In this document: one piece after another, positions 38,901 to 45,113 of the stretch
Layout: each line of letters starts with the position of its first letter
Position numbering within the stretch: the first letter of the stretch is position 1
Assembly (NCBI GenBank): GCA_963814275.1
Contig: CAWFCE010000002.1
Span: 362,537-426,536, forward strand
Source: Candidatus Parcubacteria bacterium
Lineage (GTDB): Bacteria; Patescibacteriota; Patescibacteriia; Patescibacteriales; UBA12075
DNA: 64,000 nt
Reading direction: 5' to 3'
Program-made: the position numbers and the translations under genes
The notes under the pieces: model-generated
The model's input: only the letters and a program-made list of their open reading frames with translations
Database searches by the model: none
What the model was told of the DNA's origin: nothing

Positions 38901-41900
38901 CTTCGTCGATAACCACGGTCCGAGCGAGCCTGGCAATCTGTCGGTCAATGCCAAGACTTTGGCCAGTGTCACTTTTACTTTCAATACAGCCGCCAGCGAC
39001 CCCAACTTCAGCCATTATGTCATCTACTATAAAATAGGCGCGAGCGGGGTGACCGAATCGGATACGCCTTTCGGCACCAGTTCTGACCCGCACCTTGATG
39101 AAGCCGATTACGGCGGGGCCGCCACGACCACGATATCCGGCCTACAGCCCAATACCCAGTATGTCTTCCGGCTTTGGGCGTATGATAAATTCGGCAATAA
39201 AACGCCGGCCGCGGAAGAGCAAACCGTGAAATTGGTGCCGTCGATTTCCGGCGAAGTTTATGGCGCCGACGGGATCAATCCGCTGCTCACTTCGCCGCAT
39301 ATCAGTATTGTCGTTAACGGCGTAATCCAGGATTCGGTCGACGCCTCTGGGTTGAACGGCATGTTCATATTCGAAGATATCGATCCGCCGGCTACCGGGA
39401 CGCCGATCGTGGTCTATATCAACGGGGAAAGCGAAAAAGGGGTTACTTACATGCGCTACGGCGGATCAGGCCAGATCACTGATCTGCATATTTATCAGAA
39501 CAAAGTAGTCGTCAGGCACGATGACCAGGGACCGATCACGGTTGCCAACATCAATGCTTACGATGCCGACCAGGATGTCGATATTCCGATCCGGGTCAGC
39601 GGTTCGGACCTGTCTTTATCGGCCGGATTCGAGCTGATCGTCTGGCCGGGAGACACCTTCAAAACGGCTGCCGGCGGCAGCGTGTCCCTGGATGATGTCG
39701 AAATCGACGGCGTGCTCGAAGCTCAGGGCGGACAAACGATCAGTGTTTCGGGCGATTGGGACGCCCGGACCGGGGCGTTTGTCGCCGCTTCCTCGACAGT
39801 CGAATTCACCGCCAATGAAACAGGTCATAGGATCTATACCAACGGATCGCCCTTTTATAATTTGACTTTCAACGGCAGCGGCGGGGAATGGACTGTCATG
39901 GATCCGGCCACCACGACGGCTACCACGACGATTCTGGCCGGCCATATGATCCAGGGCGGAAATGCCGACTATGAAACGGCCAGTCTGGTGATCGCTGCCG
40001 GCGCTGTTTTCGGCAAAGCGACCGGCACCGGTAAATTAGTTTTCGAAGGCCGGGGCTATGGTTACTTCGAGGACCAGAACGCGGTTAAGAATAACCTGGG
40101 CAATGTGCAGATCGGCCATTCCCCCGGCACCACCCGGCTTAATTCCGATTTTTCCGCGACCAGTTTGACGGTCAATACGAATGATTCGTTCTATACCCGC
40201 GGCTATGATGTGGCTGTGACGGATTATATCACCGTAAACGGACGTTATGATTGCCTGGATGACAAGGAGGGCGACGGGACAATCACCACTCTGGGCACCG
40301 ACTGGACCGCCGGCACCGGCGCGACCTTTATCGCCGCCAACTCGACCACTACGTTCAGCGGCTCCGGCGGCAGCGCGATCAACAGCGGCGGTACGGATGC
40401 CAATCATGATTTCTATAATTTGGCTCTGGCCAAAAATTCGGCCGCAGCCGCCACCCTGTCCGGAAATGCCGTTAAGATTTCCGGCAATCTGACGATCGGC
40501 GCCAATTCCACATTTGACGTATCTGCCGCCAACTACGCTGTCAATGTGGGGGGCAGCTGGTTGAATAACGGCGCGTTTAACGCCCGGCAGGGGACCACTA
40601 CCTTCGATGCTGTCGACACCGGAAACGTGGTTGATGCCGGCAGCTCGAGTTTTTATAATGTCGAATTCAACAGCGCTGGCGGTGGCTGGACAGTTGTGGC
40701 CGGGGCGACAAGCACCAATAACTGGTATATCAATGACGCCGTTGATTTTAGCGTCAATTCAGGGATATTTATCGAAGTGCAAGGTATATTTCAAAATTTT
40801 GAAACCGAGGCCAATACTGATTGGTCCGATTCGATCCTTTACCTGAATAACGGTATGAATCTCCTGATCAATCCCAAGACCGTCGATTCAAGTGACTACG
40901 GCACGATAAAAGTCGGGGCTGGTACGGATATCAGGATGTGGAACGCCAGCGCCACTGTGAGCGCCGACCCTACCGGTTCATTGTATTCGATGGATAATGA
41001 CGATAATGACGGCGACCTGTATATTTGGGGCGATTATCATGCCGGTGCCGGACAGACTGAGTATTGGAGTGATGATACGGATTTTGACGGAGCCGATATC
41101 AGCGGTTCGGCCAGACAGGCAAACGTGCGGTTGTCAGACGGGACTCTGGTGACCATGGATGGGGGCGATATATATATCCAGGGGAGTTCCTCCGCCACTA
41201 CTACAATCGATAATCAGGGTGACGGAAATTACGGCCTTAACATTCTGGTCGGAAATTTTAGCGCCCGTTATTTCCAGGTCAGGAATATCGATGTCAACGG
41301 TTTGAGCTTTGCCAATACTCCGAATATAGTGGCGCTGGAATACGGTGATATGGAATTGGCCGTGAACGGCGGCAGCCTGATCAGCTTGAATGCCACCGTG
41401 GTCAACGCCAATCCTTTGGCCAGCTCGACTGGCATGCGGTTCGCCACCACTACCGCTATCGGCGGAACGAATGTGAATCTGATAGGCAGCGCCAATTCAG
41501 TCTGGCTGTTTTACGGCCATTATGGCAATTTGTCCGGTGAGGCCTATGACAGCGATCCGGGTGACCCCAGAGGCTACTTGATCTGGGAAGACAGCCCGAA
41601 TTTCCATCCGTCCAGCGGCGATTGGCAATGGTTCCATGACGAAGAAAACGAAACCCCGGGCAACGCGATTTCCGGTCTGGATATTACGCCCAGCCAGCTT
41701 GGGCCGGACAATACGGTCAAATTACGCCTGACCATAAATGAGGTGGATGGAATCGGCGGTGAAAACGTCAAGTACCGCCTGGCGTTTTCGGAACAAGCGG
41801 ATTTCGGTAGCGGTGTTTATCCGGTCGGCGAAATCGGGTCCACTACCGCCGCCTGGACATACGCGGACGGCGGCGGCAATGATAACGAAATCGTGACTGC

Positions 41901-42663
41901 CCGCCTCTTGCCCGACAATACGGACAGCGGCACGCACAATGAATCGAACCTTTCCTATTCTAGTTTTGGCCACGCCGCCGATACGGCCTATGAATTCGAA
42001 TTTACGCTTTACCGCAACAAAGCCCTGGACAATACGACCTACTATTTCCGTCCGGAGGCGGTTTATTTTGACAATTATCTGGGCACTTCCACCCGGCCGG
42101 TGGTTTACGATACCGGCGAAAGCTATGCCAGCGTTACCGCCGCCAGCGGCACTCTGAGGTTGATGATCAGCGGCTTGTCTGTCGGTACCGCTGTCGAATC
42201 GATTACGACCGATTTCGACACGACTGCCAGCGAAGTGCCGTTCGGCGACCTGTTTGTCGGTACGCAGAAAGAGGGCGCCCAGCAGATCAAAGTTACGACC
42301 AACGCCGAGCGCGGTTATCAGCTGTTCGTTTCCCAAAAACAGGATTTCCAGTCCAACAACGGGGCCGGTATCGATCCGATCGGCGCAACGAACGATTCAC
42401 CGGGCGCCTGGCTGATCGATCCCAATCCGAGCGGCTTCGGTTACCATACCGGCGATGCTTCCCTGTCCGGGGTCGATCCGGCCCGTTTTGCCGCGCCCAA
42501 CCGTTATGCCCGGTTCGAATCCGCTTTCCGGGAAATCGGCTATAGCCCGATACCGGTAGAGAACGATACGATCGATTTCGTCTATAAAGTGGAGATCAAC
42601 AGCCTGCAGGCAGCCGGCGATTATCAGACGGAGGTGATGTATATTGTCGTGCCGACGTATTAG
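26917..42663 (+). CDS. giant surface protein 2 (5,248 aa as ORF), multidomain adhesin-like
   Basis: The ORF is uninterrupted. The signal segment is FISILIAALAIAGMFAPGNVARA. Domains include Ig-like repeats, FN3, DUF2341/LamG, a beta-helix and a C-terminal PTY domain. The start is uncertain: either TTG 26917, which overlaps the TGA of an 11-codon uORF, or GTG 26983. Confidence 0.9.
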   Translation: MIRVLFAHWRGQRYSTNHYSKIVVIAKNKFISILIAALAIAGMFAPGNVARADSGAWRENRGFELNLESKQKVFAVNENPELNFVFRKQRQGWERVTAWFKDLVSDEYEASEFAARVDGNSDTDVKVEYDKNGRFRTLIADSRNLRPGKHTLDIEITDPSSGGEPASFTQDFIWGVLAFNPDQSVYQPGDTAYLQFAVLDDNGDTLCDAKIKVNINGPGWGNNGILSTADGTIVRNPDCGPNNVIDTPDYYSRYKLDKPGIYEITVVAETANGPRTLSDRIEVGENPPFTVRREGPTRIWPKADYTMAIEIKVNEDFSGDIIEHVPDGFSIFNFKFSDNIQYPISNIQTLKENDEKKIIISDIDLIAGETYTFRYSFDAPDRSPEFYLLGPLEAISAQGGSALGGENRKWQIASDKTAEFYASTATAEQSWSSGTWNNIAGTVESGTAASTNGWLDNSNFTVGERYLIIAQGSHSTGNNNAQSGFRVTHGGTAFSESVGIEETDRTGAKYRGRYFWFTVWTAADEDIEIQSYRSGDTAATDGVDLIAINAEELIAHGDLKWAVATAAAGPLTTTPTAKVSTAWRPLRAGDNWLTGAYTQAQTVDVDVSFAARLNIDSGTIRSNFQVEGERAVDTPVYGLGWVNAYSVATHTAAVELYETAANQAWNAAGVFALRLDAFQSSAAFSNAASLTLPSDNSYVQIASSAYTPLSSGYTLVLGGFMADDNDARVTSYLLESGSPLTAETGGWQFNATDIRPAMVASLNNYAVLTQKVYSVDARTTRAIVAAAVNPWLVAFSMEMKEPPTGAFGTLSQKSDGSGKVDVQMLIDDADNDDCKAKLEYVLGAACSFGASPARSTLSEVDADTTASAGDPLVSNSWTYQVGTTSDAILTSSGANTVNVDWNTKTDLPSANGETYCLRLTANDYYFDQATPATATVVIDNTAPAISAVITDNLMYKIGDTLRATVTVASEPGNLTIGPGSTVNGGTITNIQKANNTTFTVDYTVAAGQADRWATGTIPYNISLADPNGNKSATSSGSFANGSLDANAPAISAAAIPNRMYGIGDILRATVTVAADPSVFSLHTATINGKTAVNLQRIDSTGYTLEYTVAEGDTDRASGTIPYSIRLRDYYGNINSAYSGSFTNGSLDAHRPVIQGVYITNGTYGIGDGIDLVIDTTESGLHLDNVAVNGKSVGGFVDHADTTYSVTYAVAEGDTDRSAGAIPVSIVMRDRYGNENVPYTTPSANSASVDAHKPEILSVALPNRAYKIGDTITATATVSADTDSYTLGASTINNVAAGSLHKVDNSTYTFNYTVQSGNSDRTAGMIPVSLVLADSLSQSNDLPFTTVDANTASIDANPPVVSTITFTPGSGTLKVGDKATATIALAGAEVNCTAVTMTINTINVISTFADLGSGNYRLVYTVAEGHTDHPDNDDLPVYLILRDASGNDSAAYATADPTHRPGVDAHTPGISSVTFTPTGGTLKVGDKATATIAVSGAEAGLNAGNTMTINGVDVSATFVDIGSGNYQVVYTVSEGNTDIDDADDLPVNLNIQDDANNISAAYATADPTHRPGVDAHTPGISSVTFTPTGGTLKVGDKATATIAVSGAEAGLNAGNTMTINGVDVSATFVDIGSGNYQVVYTVSEGNTDIDDADDLPVNLNIQDDANNISAAYATADPTHRPGVDAHTPGISSVTFTPTGGTLKVGDKATATIAVSGAEAGLNAGNTMTINGVDVSATFVDIGSGNYQVVYTVSEGNTDIDDADDLPVNLNIQDDANNISAAYATADPTHRPGVDAHTPGISSVTFTPTGGTLKVGDKATATIAVSGAEAGLNAGNTMTINGVDVSATFVDIGSGNYQVVYTVSEGNTDIDDADDLPVNLNIQDDANNISAAYATADPTHRPGVDAHTPGISSVTFTPTGGTLKVGDKATATIAVSGAEAGLNAGNTMTINGVDVSATFVDIGSGNYQVVYTVSEGNTDIDDADDLPVNLNIQDDANNISAAYATADPTHRPGVDAHTPTVPGGLSYADHTNNSIIIIFGATSTESNFSEYRIYYKAGQSGVTETDSVWDQGDDGNLGDILFNHAASTTISGLDPDTDYVFNIWVYDQAGNKASAAAELQAATNYRPTVPSDLVQKLNDNYTVVENNAWAIDQSMVLSATSTDTDDEFFDYYYEVVGASSTLTTAATVPASSCNSGTGYVECTEKIWKNSTGPAWYSENWLYRKQIVIDSDLVEDDLQDFPFLISNTDEDLRRNARSDGHDIIFTAADGVSEVNYERKLYDPANGQLIAWVKTDLSSSADTFLYMYYGNSGIATDHSTTTGVWDADYLGVWHMDEPPTGSANDIKDSSGYGHDMTSYNMDSSKRIVTDTGYAYDFDGAGDYLEDSDGENYINGLSQFTVELWLKSDVTGSDRGFIIGEPPAGNDSFFTLRYDEAGANNQNTYHNLVKGAITITGPTEKQYESSAGVQTTDWQHLVFRWQSGGQYEVLINGQYDSYTFNSPAGTGVTTGATMLRIGQGGKDNTAALGWDGVIDEVRISDLYRSDAWEKTAYNNQSNLTDFALMGAQDAVRIFNLPESSEGYKWQVMACDGHGACSDWTPYNPTTPNFKVDNTAPTTPGNLSEDSHTSTSVTLNLNATSTESFFAGYKIFYKQYDGTPVAETDSEFSAADDPDLADILYNGTATATINFLTAGTQYEFNIWAYDESGQKASATPITVTTASASNEPAGYFTGASEKANGGGAVDLAIRVNDLDNDPIRARIDYAAGTACDFSSPLDPTLDTKSANITADFGQPAIDNSSTYQVGASSDWIITAFGYNTVNFDWLSKTDIPGADGDYCLRLITNDGTYDQVAAATTTLTLDNVNPTAPGSLTIISTTTYQAVIGFGATSSDTNFNRYEIHYKAGTSGVTINNTEKTDGNLSAPDFNGAANTVLDGLLAGTDYVVNIWAYDDYGNRATATELAFHTNQIPAAPASLGQYKSDGVTAIANNGWTNEDTFHLSAAVIDEDPGETITLYFEIASTSASFTDATSSACAYDASWTACLSRVWQAVSAPGDYSATPFTGTVQPAGVPDAYTGLKWQVMACDHDNRCSAWSDAGSDPNLKIDHTAPTPPGSLALGVYDSDSITLTFGSSTEESNFREYIIYYKMGTAGIDESGTPHSSTTDANMLAADYNSAGSTVVGGLAEGQDYVFNIWAYDQAGNAASSSAEYTHQTNNRPIAVLDSYVPRLNGSGIVDIDFTVNDADGDNVRAMLEFDPGGDCEFPFPLDPTIDETDANATSTYGDAKVENDNFYQIGNAGGWITTASGANTVHIDWQSKIDLPSGDNTYCLRLTANDQIENQASAATGTVTIDNASPGKPGALTLSSRSATALVLSYGATSSESHFYRYRLFYKEGVSTVYETDSEKTDANLWDQGFNGAATTSIGSLKPNTQYSVKLFVYDSYGNKNSSNQATFTTNARPTGAINAAVEKTNGSGRVDISVEVYDVNGDTCRAKMEYVAGSSCNFASPLDPTLDESQANISADYGIPTIANSSEYQVGSPTRIITSSGSNTVNFDWLSKTDLPAGDGVYCLRLTVVDETDSQLTLATTTVTIDNANPVAPDNLSINSVTGISVMLDYGLFPGSDSHFKEYKIFYKKGSSGVAEADTPWTKNDDINLGAYGFNSASSTIIPGLEQDTDYVFNIWIYDLYGNKAHAAEISTTTAIVPSATWREAIDTADPTAGTFLAPGDNIRIRLAAANAGDWITSQSYRLEYGLKASSCAEIAGWTVVPAVAVGEHFEMAASDFFDNLASTTARLSADGRSFVPGYMLENPSASANPIALAANQYTELEYTVVATVDSDAGQTYCFRLSDQGIPLDEYAEYAEITLAPPPQGVFKSLKQRSNGSGIIDLSIGVSDLNGDPSRARLEYVAGADCDFGSPLRPTMDETNANITATYGDPTIDNSADYQIGTSSYPILTAYGTNTVAFDWDTLTDLPDSEGDYCLRLTANDYYDDQNPPATTTVFVDNHGPSEPGNLSVNAKTLASVTFTFNTAASDPNFSHYVIYYKIGASGVTESDTPFGTSSDPHLDEADYGGAATTTISGLQPNTQYVFRLWAYDKFGNKTPAAEEQTVKLVPSISGEVYGADGINPLLTSPHISIVVNGVIQDSVDASGLNGMFIFEDIDPPATGTPIVVYINGESEKGVTYMRYGGSGQITDLHIYQNKVVVRHDDQGPITVANINAYDADQDVDIPIRVSGSDLSLSAGFELIVWPGDTFKTAAGGSVSLDDVEIDGVLEAQGGQTISVSGDWDARTGAFVAASSTVEFTANETGHRIYTNGSPFYNLTFNGSGGEWTVMDPATTTATTTILAGHMIQGGNADYETASLVIAAGAVFGKATGTGKLVFEGRGYGYFEDQNAVKNNLGNVQIGHSPGTTRLNSDFSATSLTVNTNDSFYTRGYDVAVTDYITVNGRYDCLDDKEGDGTITTLGTDWTAGTGATFIAANSTTTFSGSGGSAINSGGTDANHDFYNLALAKNSAAAATLSGNAVKISGNLTIGANSTFDVSAANYAVNVGGSWLNNGAFNARQGTTTFDAVDTGNVVDAGSSSFYNVEFNSAGGGWTVVAGATSTNNWYINDAVDFSVNSGIFIEVQGIFQNFETEANTDWSDSILYLNNGMNLLINPKTVDSSDYGTIKVGAGTDIRMWNASATVSADPTGSLYSMDNDDNDGDLYIWGDYHAGAGQTEYWSDDTDFDGADISGSARQANVRLSDGTLVTMDGGDIYIQGSSSATTTIDNQGDGNYGLNILVGNFSARYFQVRNIDVNGLSFANTPNIVALEYGDMELAVNGGSLISLNATVVNANPLASSTGMRFATTTAIGGTNVNLIGSANSVWLFYGHYGNLSGEAYDSDPGDPRGYLIWEDSPNFHPSSGDWQWFHDEENETPGNAISGLDITPSQLGPDNTVKLRLTINEVDGIGGENVKYRLAFSEQADFGSGVYPVGEIGSTTAAWTYADGGGNDNEIVTARLLPDNTDSGTHNESNLSYSSFGHAADTAYEFEFTLYRNKALDNTTYYFRPEAVYFDNYLGTSTRPVVYDTGESYASVTAASGTLRLMISGLSVGTAVESITTDFDTTASEVPFGDLFVGTQKEGAQQIKVTTNAERGYQLFVSQKQDFQSNNGAGIDPIGATNDSPGAWLIDPNPSGFGYHTGDASLSGVDPARFAAPNRYARFESAFREIGYSPIPVENDTIDFVYKVEINSLQAAGDYQTEVMYIVVPTY
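29731..31260 (+). repeat. five diverged ~105-aa Ig-like repeat units (in-frame)
   Basis: Units begin at D(N/A)(T/N/H)xP motifs at approximately 29731, 30046, 30355, 30661 and 30976. The recurring pattern is ..IGD.(L/I).ATVTV...Y.(V/L).YTVAEGDTDR..G.IP.. Confidence 0.75.
31261..32967 (+). repeat. perfect tandem repeat, 330-bp unit x 5.17 (in-frame, 110 aa per unit)
   Basis: Copies start at 31261, 31591, 31921, 32251 and 32581. A partial copy (32911-32967) follows. By-eye comparison of the sequence lines found no mismatch. Confidence 0.95.
33568..34575 (+). other. DUF2341-like plus LamG (concanavalin-like lectin) region of giant protein 2
   Basis: Contains WLYRKQIVIDSDLVEDDLQDFPFLI...GHDIIFTA...LYMYYGN followed by AYDFDGAGDYLE..FTVELWLKSD..GWDGVIDEVRIS. 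Confidence 0.65.
39600..41560 (+). other. beta-helix-like repetitive region of giant protein 2
   Basis: The region has irregular ~20-25-aa repeats rich in G/N/T/S/A, with alternating hydrophobic residues (..FNGSGGEWTV.., ..FNSAGGGWTV..). Confidence 0.45.
42140..42660 (+). other. C-terminal 'TNA..GY / AGDY..PTY' domain of giant protein 2
   Basis: It is collinear with the C-terminal halves of ORFs 45356-46453 and 46919-48010 through the motifs FG(D/T)L, V(T/S)TNA..GY, (F/Y)G(Y/H), VEI(N/S)(S/A)LQ.AGDY and PTY-stop. Confidence 0.7.
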
Positions 42664-42699
42664 CAAATGGCAAATGACTAATGTCGAATGTCGAATTGG
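42664..42699 (+). repeat. post-stop CGAATG-word element
   Basis: CAAATGGCAAATGACTAATGTCGAATGTCGAATTGG lies directly after the TAG stop. It is related to the elements at 26379 and 56901. Confidence 0.7.
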
Positions 42700-42738
42700 C
42701 CAGAAAATATAATATTCGCATAGCAGATTGGAGACTTT

Positions 42739-42840
42739 GGATCATAAATCGGAGAACAGAAATAATAAAATAAGTTTTTATAACCGCATTATACCGTCTT
42801 ATGATTATAAAAACAATTTACTATTTACGATTTATGATCC
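42739..42840. repeat. 13-bp perfect inverted repeat
   Basis: GGATCATAAATCG (42739-42751) pairs with CGATTTATGATCC (42828-42840). Confidence 0.8.
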
Positions 42841-42863
42841 CTGAAATGACCTCCGAATAATCA

Positions 42864-42892
42864 TTGACAGTTGGAAAACTATATTGTATATT
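42864..42892 (+). promoter_or_regulatory. sigma70-type promoter
   Basis: TTGACA (42864-42869), a 17-nt spacer, then TATATT (42887-42892), about 15 nt before ATG 42908. Confidence 0.55.
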
Positions 42893-42907
42893 AGCGAATT
42901 AAATAAT

Positions 42908-44026
42908 ATGAAAAAGATATTTATAACAATTTTGATATTCGGGATATTGCTTCCGCCTGCTGTGTTCGCCGTAGACGAAAAGCCGTTGCCGATATTAGAG
43001 AATGAACGGGAAGCCAATGCCATGTTGCGGCAGAGTTTGATCGATCGCTATGGGAACGGCGAATTCGGTAAATGCCTGCAATGCACTCCGGCGGATACAG
43101 CCAACCCTTTCGCTTGCGCGCGCTGTTTGCGTGACGCAGAGTATTGCCTCAAAGGCACGGAAGCGCCGGTGAACAAGTGCGCGGCGGGGCAAGCCGATTC
43201 AAGCGGGATATGCGTTACTGCCGATATCGGCTGTAAGGAAGAATTTGGCCAAGCGTCATATTTCACGGGAAGTATCGTTGATAACCATTATCAATGCGAA
43301 TGCCGCGAAGGATATAGCTGGAATAATGAGCAGACTGCCTGCGACACAGTCATGTGTCCGGATAATATGATCTATTACAGCAGCTTTTGGGGTGTTGATT
43401 CCTGGTTTTTGGATGGCCGTTGCCTAAGTCCTGACGACGCTTGCCGGAACGAGTTCGGTGAATATAGCGTCTATTTGCGGCAAGATGAATATGGCGCGAA
43501 CCAATGCGGGTGCGCGGATGGGTATTATTTCGAAGATAGTTCGCCAGAGTGTGTCGAGGCGGTGATCGTGGCAGGAGAAGCCGGACCGTCCCAGAGTGAG
43601 CTGGTTTATATTGAGACCTTGGACAGGGAACGGACCAGTTCGGGAGCGGTAAATAAGGAATTGTCACAACGTCTGGCGGGAATGTTCGTACTGCAAGTCG
43701 AAGAGTACGGAGAAGCATGGTATGTGGATCCGGCCGACCAGAGACGCTATTATCTGGCCGGCCCGGACAAGGCGTTTGATGTGATGCGCGCTTTGGGCCT
43801 GGGCGCGACACATCGGTTCATTAGTGACAATCAAATCTATCCCGATTATGTCCTTGGCCGGATACTGATCGATGTCGACAATCTGGGCAAGGCATACTAT
43901 ATCAATCCGGTAGACCGGCGCGGTTATTATCTTGGCAATCCGCTCAACGCATTCAGTGTAATGCGGGATTTAGGACTAGGTATAAGTAATTTAGATTTAA
44001 GACAAATCGAATTGGGGGAGTTATGA
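42908..44026 (+). CDS. secreted Cys-rich protein with duplicated C-terminal ~45-aa repeat
   Basis: The signal peptide is MKKIFITILIFGILLPPAVFA. Spaced Cys pairs recur (C.C..GY..). Two C-terminal repeats are present: GEAWYVDPADQRRYYLAGPDKAFDVMRALGLG and GKAYYINPVDRRGYYLGNPLNAFSVMRDLGLG. Confidence 0.7.
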   Translation: MKKIFITILIFGILLPPAVFAVDEKPLPILENEREANAMLRQSLIDRYGNGEFGKCLQCTPADTANPFACARCLRDAEYCLKGTEAPVNKCAAGQADSSGICVTADIGCKEEFGQASYFTGSIVDNHYQCECREGYSWNNEQTACDTVMCPDNMIYYSSFWGVDSWFLDGRCLSPDDACRNEFGEYSVYLRQDEYGANQCGCADGYYFEDSSPECVEAVIVAGEAGPSQSELVYIETLDRERTSSGAVNKELSQRLAGMFVLQVEEYGEAWYVDPADQRRYYLAGPDKAFDVMRALGLGATHRFISDNQIYPDYVLGRILIDVDNLGKAYYINPVDRRGYYLGNPLNAFSVMRDLGLGISNLDLRQIELGEL

Positions 44027-44066
44027 CTGAAACGACCGATTTGCCCCGGCAATTAAATTCTGTTTA

Positions 44067-44108
44067 TTTGTCATTTGTAAATTTGTAGTAGTTTCGTACA
44101 TTCGCGTG
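44067..44108. repeat. CGAATG-word element (TGTACATTCG type)
   Basis: TTTGTCATTTGTAAATTTGTAGTAGTTTCGTACATTCGCGTG is the inverse of 44931-44965 and is direct with 44991-45036. Confidence 0.6.
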
Positions 44109-44151
44109 GCATTGTTATGTCCAATTAATATTAAATATTAATAAAAATCCT

Positions 44152-44478
44152 ATGAAACTATTCAAACCGAAAAAAAATCTTGTGCAATTGAGTTTTTTCC
44201 TGTCACTGGGGGTGGTGGCCTATGTATTCCTGGTTTCGCTGATCATCCGGAACGGCGAGCGTTTGTTCGGAGCGGCCGGTGGTTTTTGGGCGCCGGTGCT
44301 GTTTCTGTTGCTTTTCGTGTTTTCCGCGCTTGTGACCGGTCTTTTGGTTTTGGGCGGGCCGATTTGGTATTATCTGGGAAAAGACAAAAAGGAAGCGGTG
44401 CAATTATTATCGATGAATGTAATCTGGTTGTTTTTATGGCTGTTGATGGTTATGACGTTTGTGGTGATAATTGGTTAA
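44152..44478 (+). CDS. small membrane protein (108 aa, ~3 TM), hypothetical
   Basis: Three hydrophobic segments are present. No family recognised. Confidence 0.5.
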   Translation: MKLFKPKKNLVQLSFFLSLGVVAYVFLVSLIIRNGERLFGAAGGFWAPVLFLLLFVFSALVTGLLVLGGPIWYYLGKDKKEAVQLLSMNVIWLFLWLLMVMTFVVIIG

Positions 44479-44657
44479 TTTATCCACAGTAAAATATTAA
44501 TTAAAACTAATTAAAAATATAGATGTTAATAATTTTTTAGTTTGATTTTTTCATATTAAAAAACAAATCGACGTAATAGAATATTTTTGCCAATATTAAA
44601 TTATTTAATTAGGAGGTTTATTAAACCGGCCATATTAATAATTTATTAAATAAGGGA

Positions 44658-44686
44658 TTGACCGAAATCATATTTTACGGTATAAT
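44658..44686 (+). promoter_or_regulatory. near-consensus sigma70 promoter
   Basis: TTGACC (44658-44663), a 17-nt spacer, then TATAAT (44681-44686). Confidence 0.65.
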
Positions 44687-44695
44687 ATAATCAGG

Positions 44696-44730
44696 TATAG
44701 TACTATAGCGCAATATTGGAATAGTACTAT
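44696..44730 (+). promoter_or_regulatory. two palindromic operator-like sites
   Basis: TATAGTACTATA (44696-44707) is a perfect 12-bp palindrome, and ATAGTACTAT (44721-44730) is a 10-bp palindrome. Their centres are 24 bp apart, at or just after the predicted TSS. Confidence 0.55.
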
Positions 44731-44759
44731 ATAAAAACAAAAATAGAAGGAAAATAAAA

Positions 44760-44837
44760 ATGAATTCAAACAAAAATCACAAATATTATATTTTTTGTGC
44801 AGTAATTTGCCCAAATTACCAACTTTGTTGTCTTTGA
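44760..44837 (+). CDS. candidate 25-aa Cys-rich peptide
   Basis: Hand translation gives MNSNKNHKYYIFCAVICPNYQLCCL. GAAGGA lies 9 nt upstream, and a weak hairpin with a T-run follows. The ORF is below the ORF-track cutoff. Confidence 0.3.
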   Translation: MNSNKNHKYYIFCAVICPNYQLCCL

Positions 44838-44930
44838 GACAAGAAAGTTTTTTTATATCTTAAAAATGTGTTGGTTTAGAAAATATTAGTTATATTTAAC
44901 CGCTCAATTATATATGCTCTGTATAATTCA

Positions 44931-45036
44931 CACGAATGTACGAATACGCTACAAATTTACTAATTACAAATACTGATTACAATTATTAAACTATTTGTAA
45001 TTTGTACATTCGTAGTCCGATTTGTACATTCGAGTG
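44931..45036. repeat. tight inverted pair of CGAATG-word arrays
   Basis: CACGAATGTACGAATACGCTACAAATTTACTAATTACAAATA.. (44931-44982) pairs with ..TATTTGTAATTTGTACATTCGTAGTCCGATTTGTACATTCGAGTG (44991-45036). Confidence 0.7.
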
Positions 45037-45113
45037 AAAAATAAGTTTAAAAAAAGAAAACATTAATATATAAAAAGGTCGAAAACAAATAATAAAAATA
45101 AACAAATAACTAT

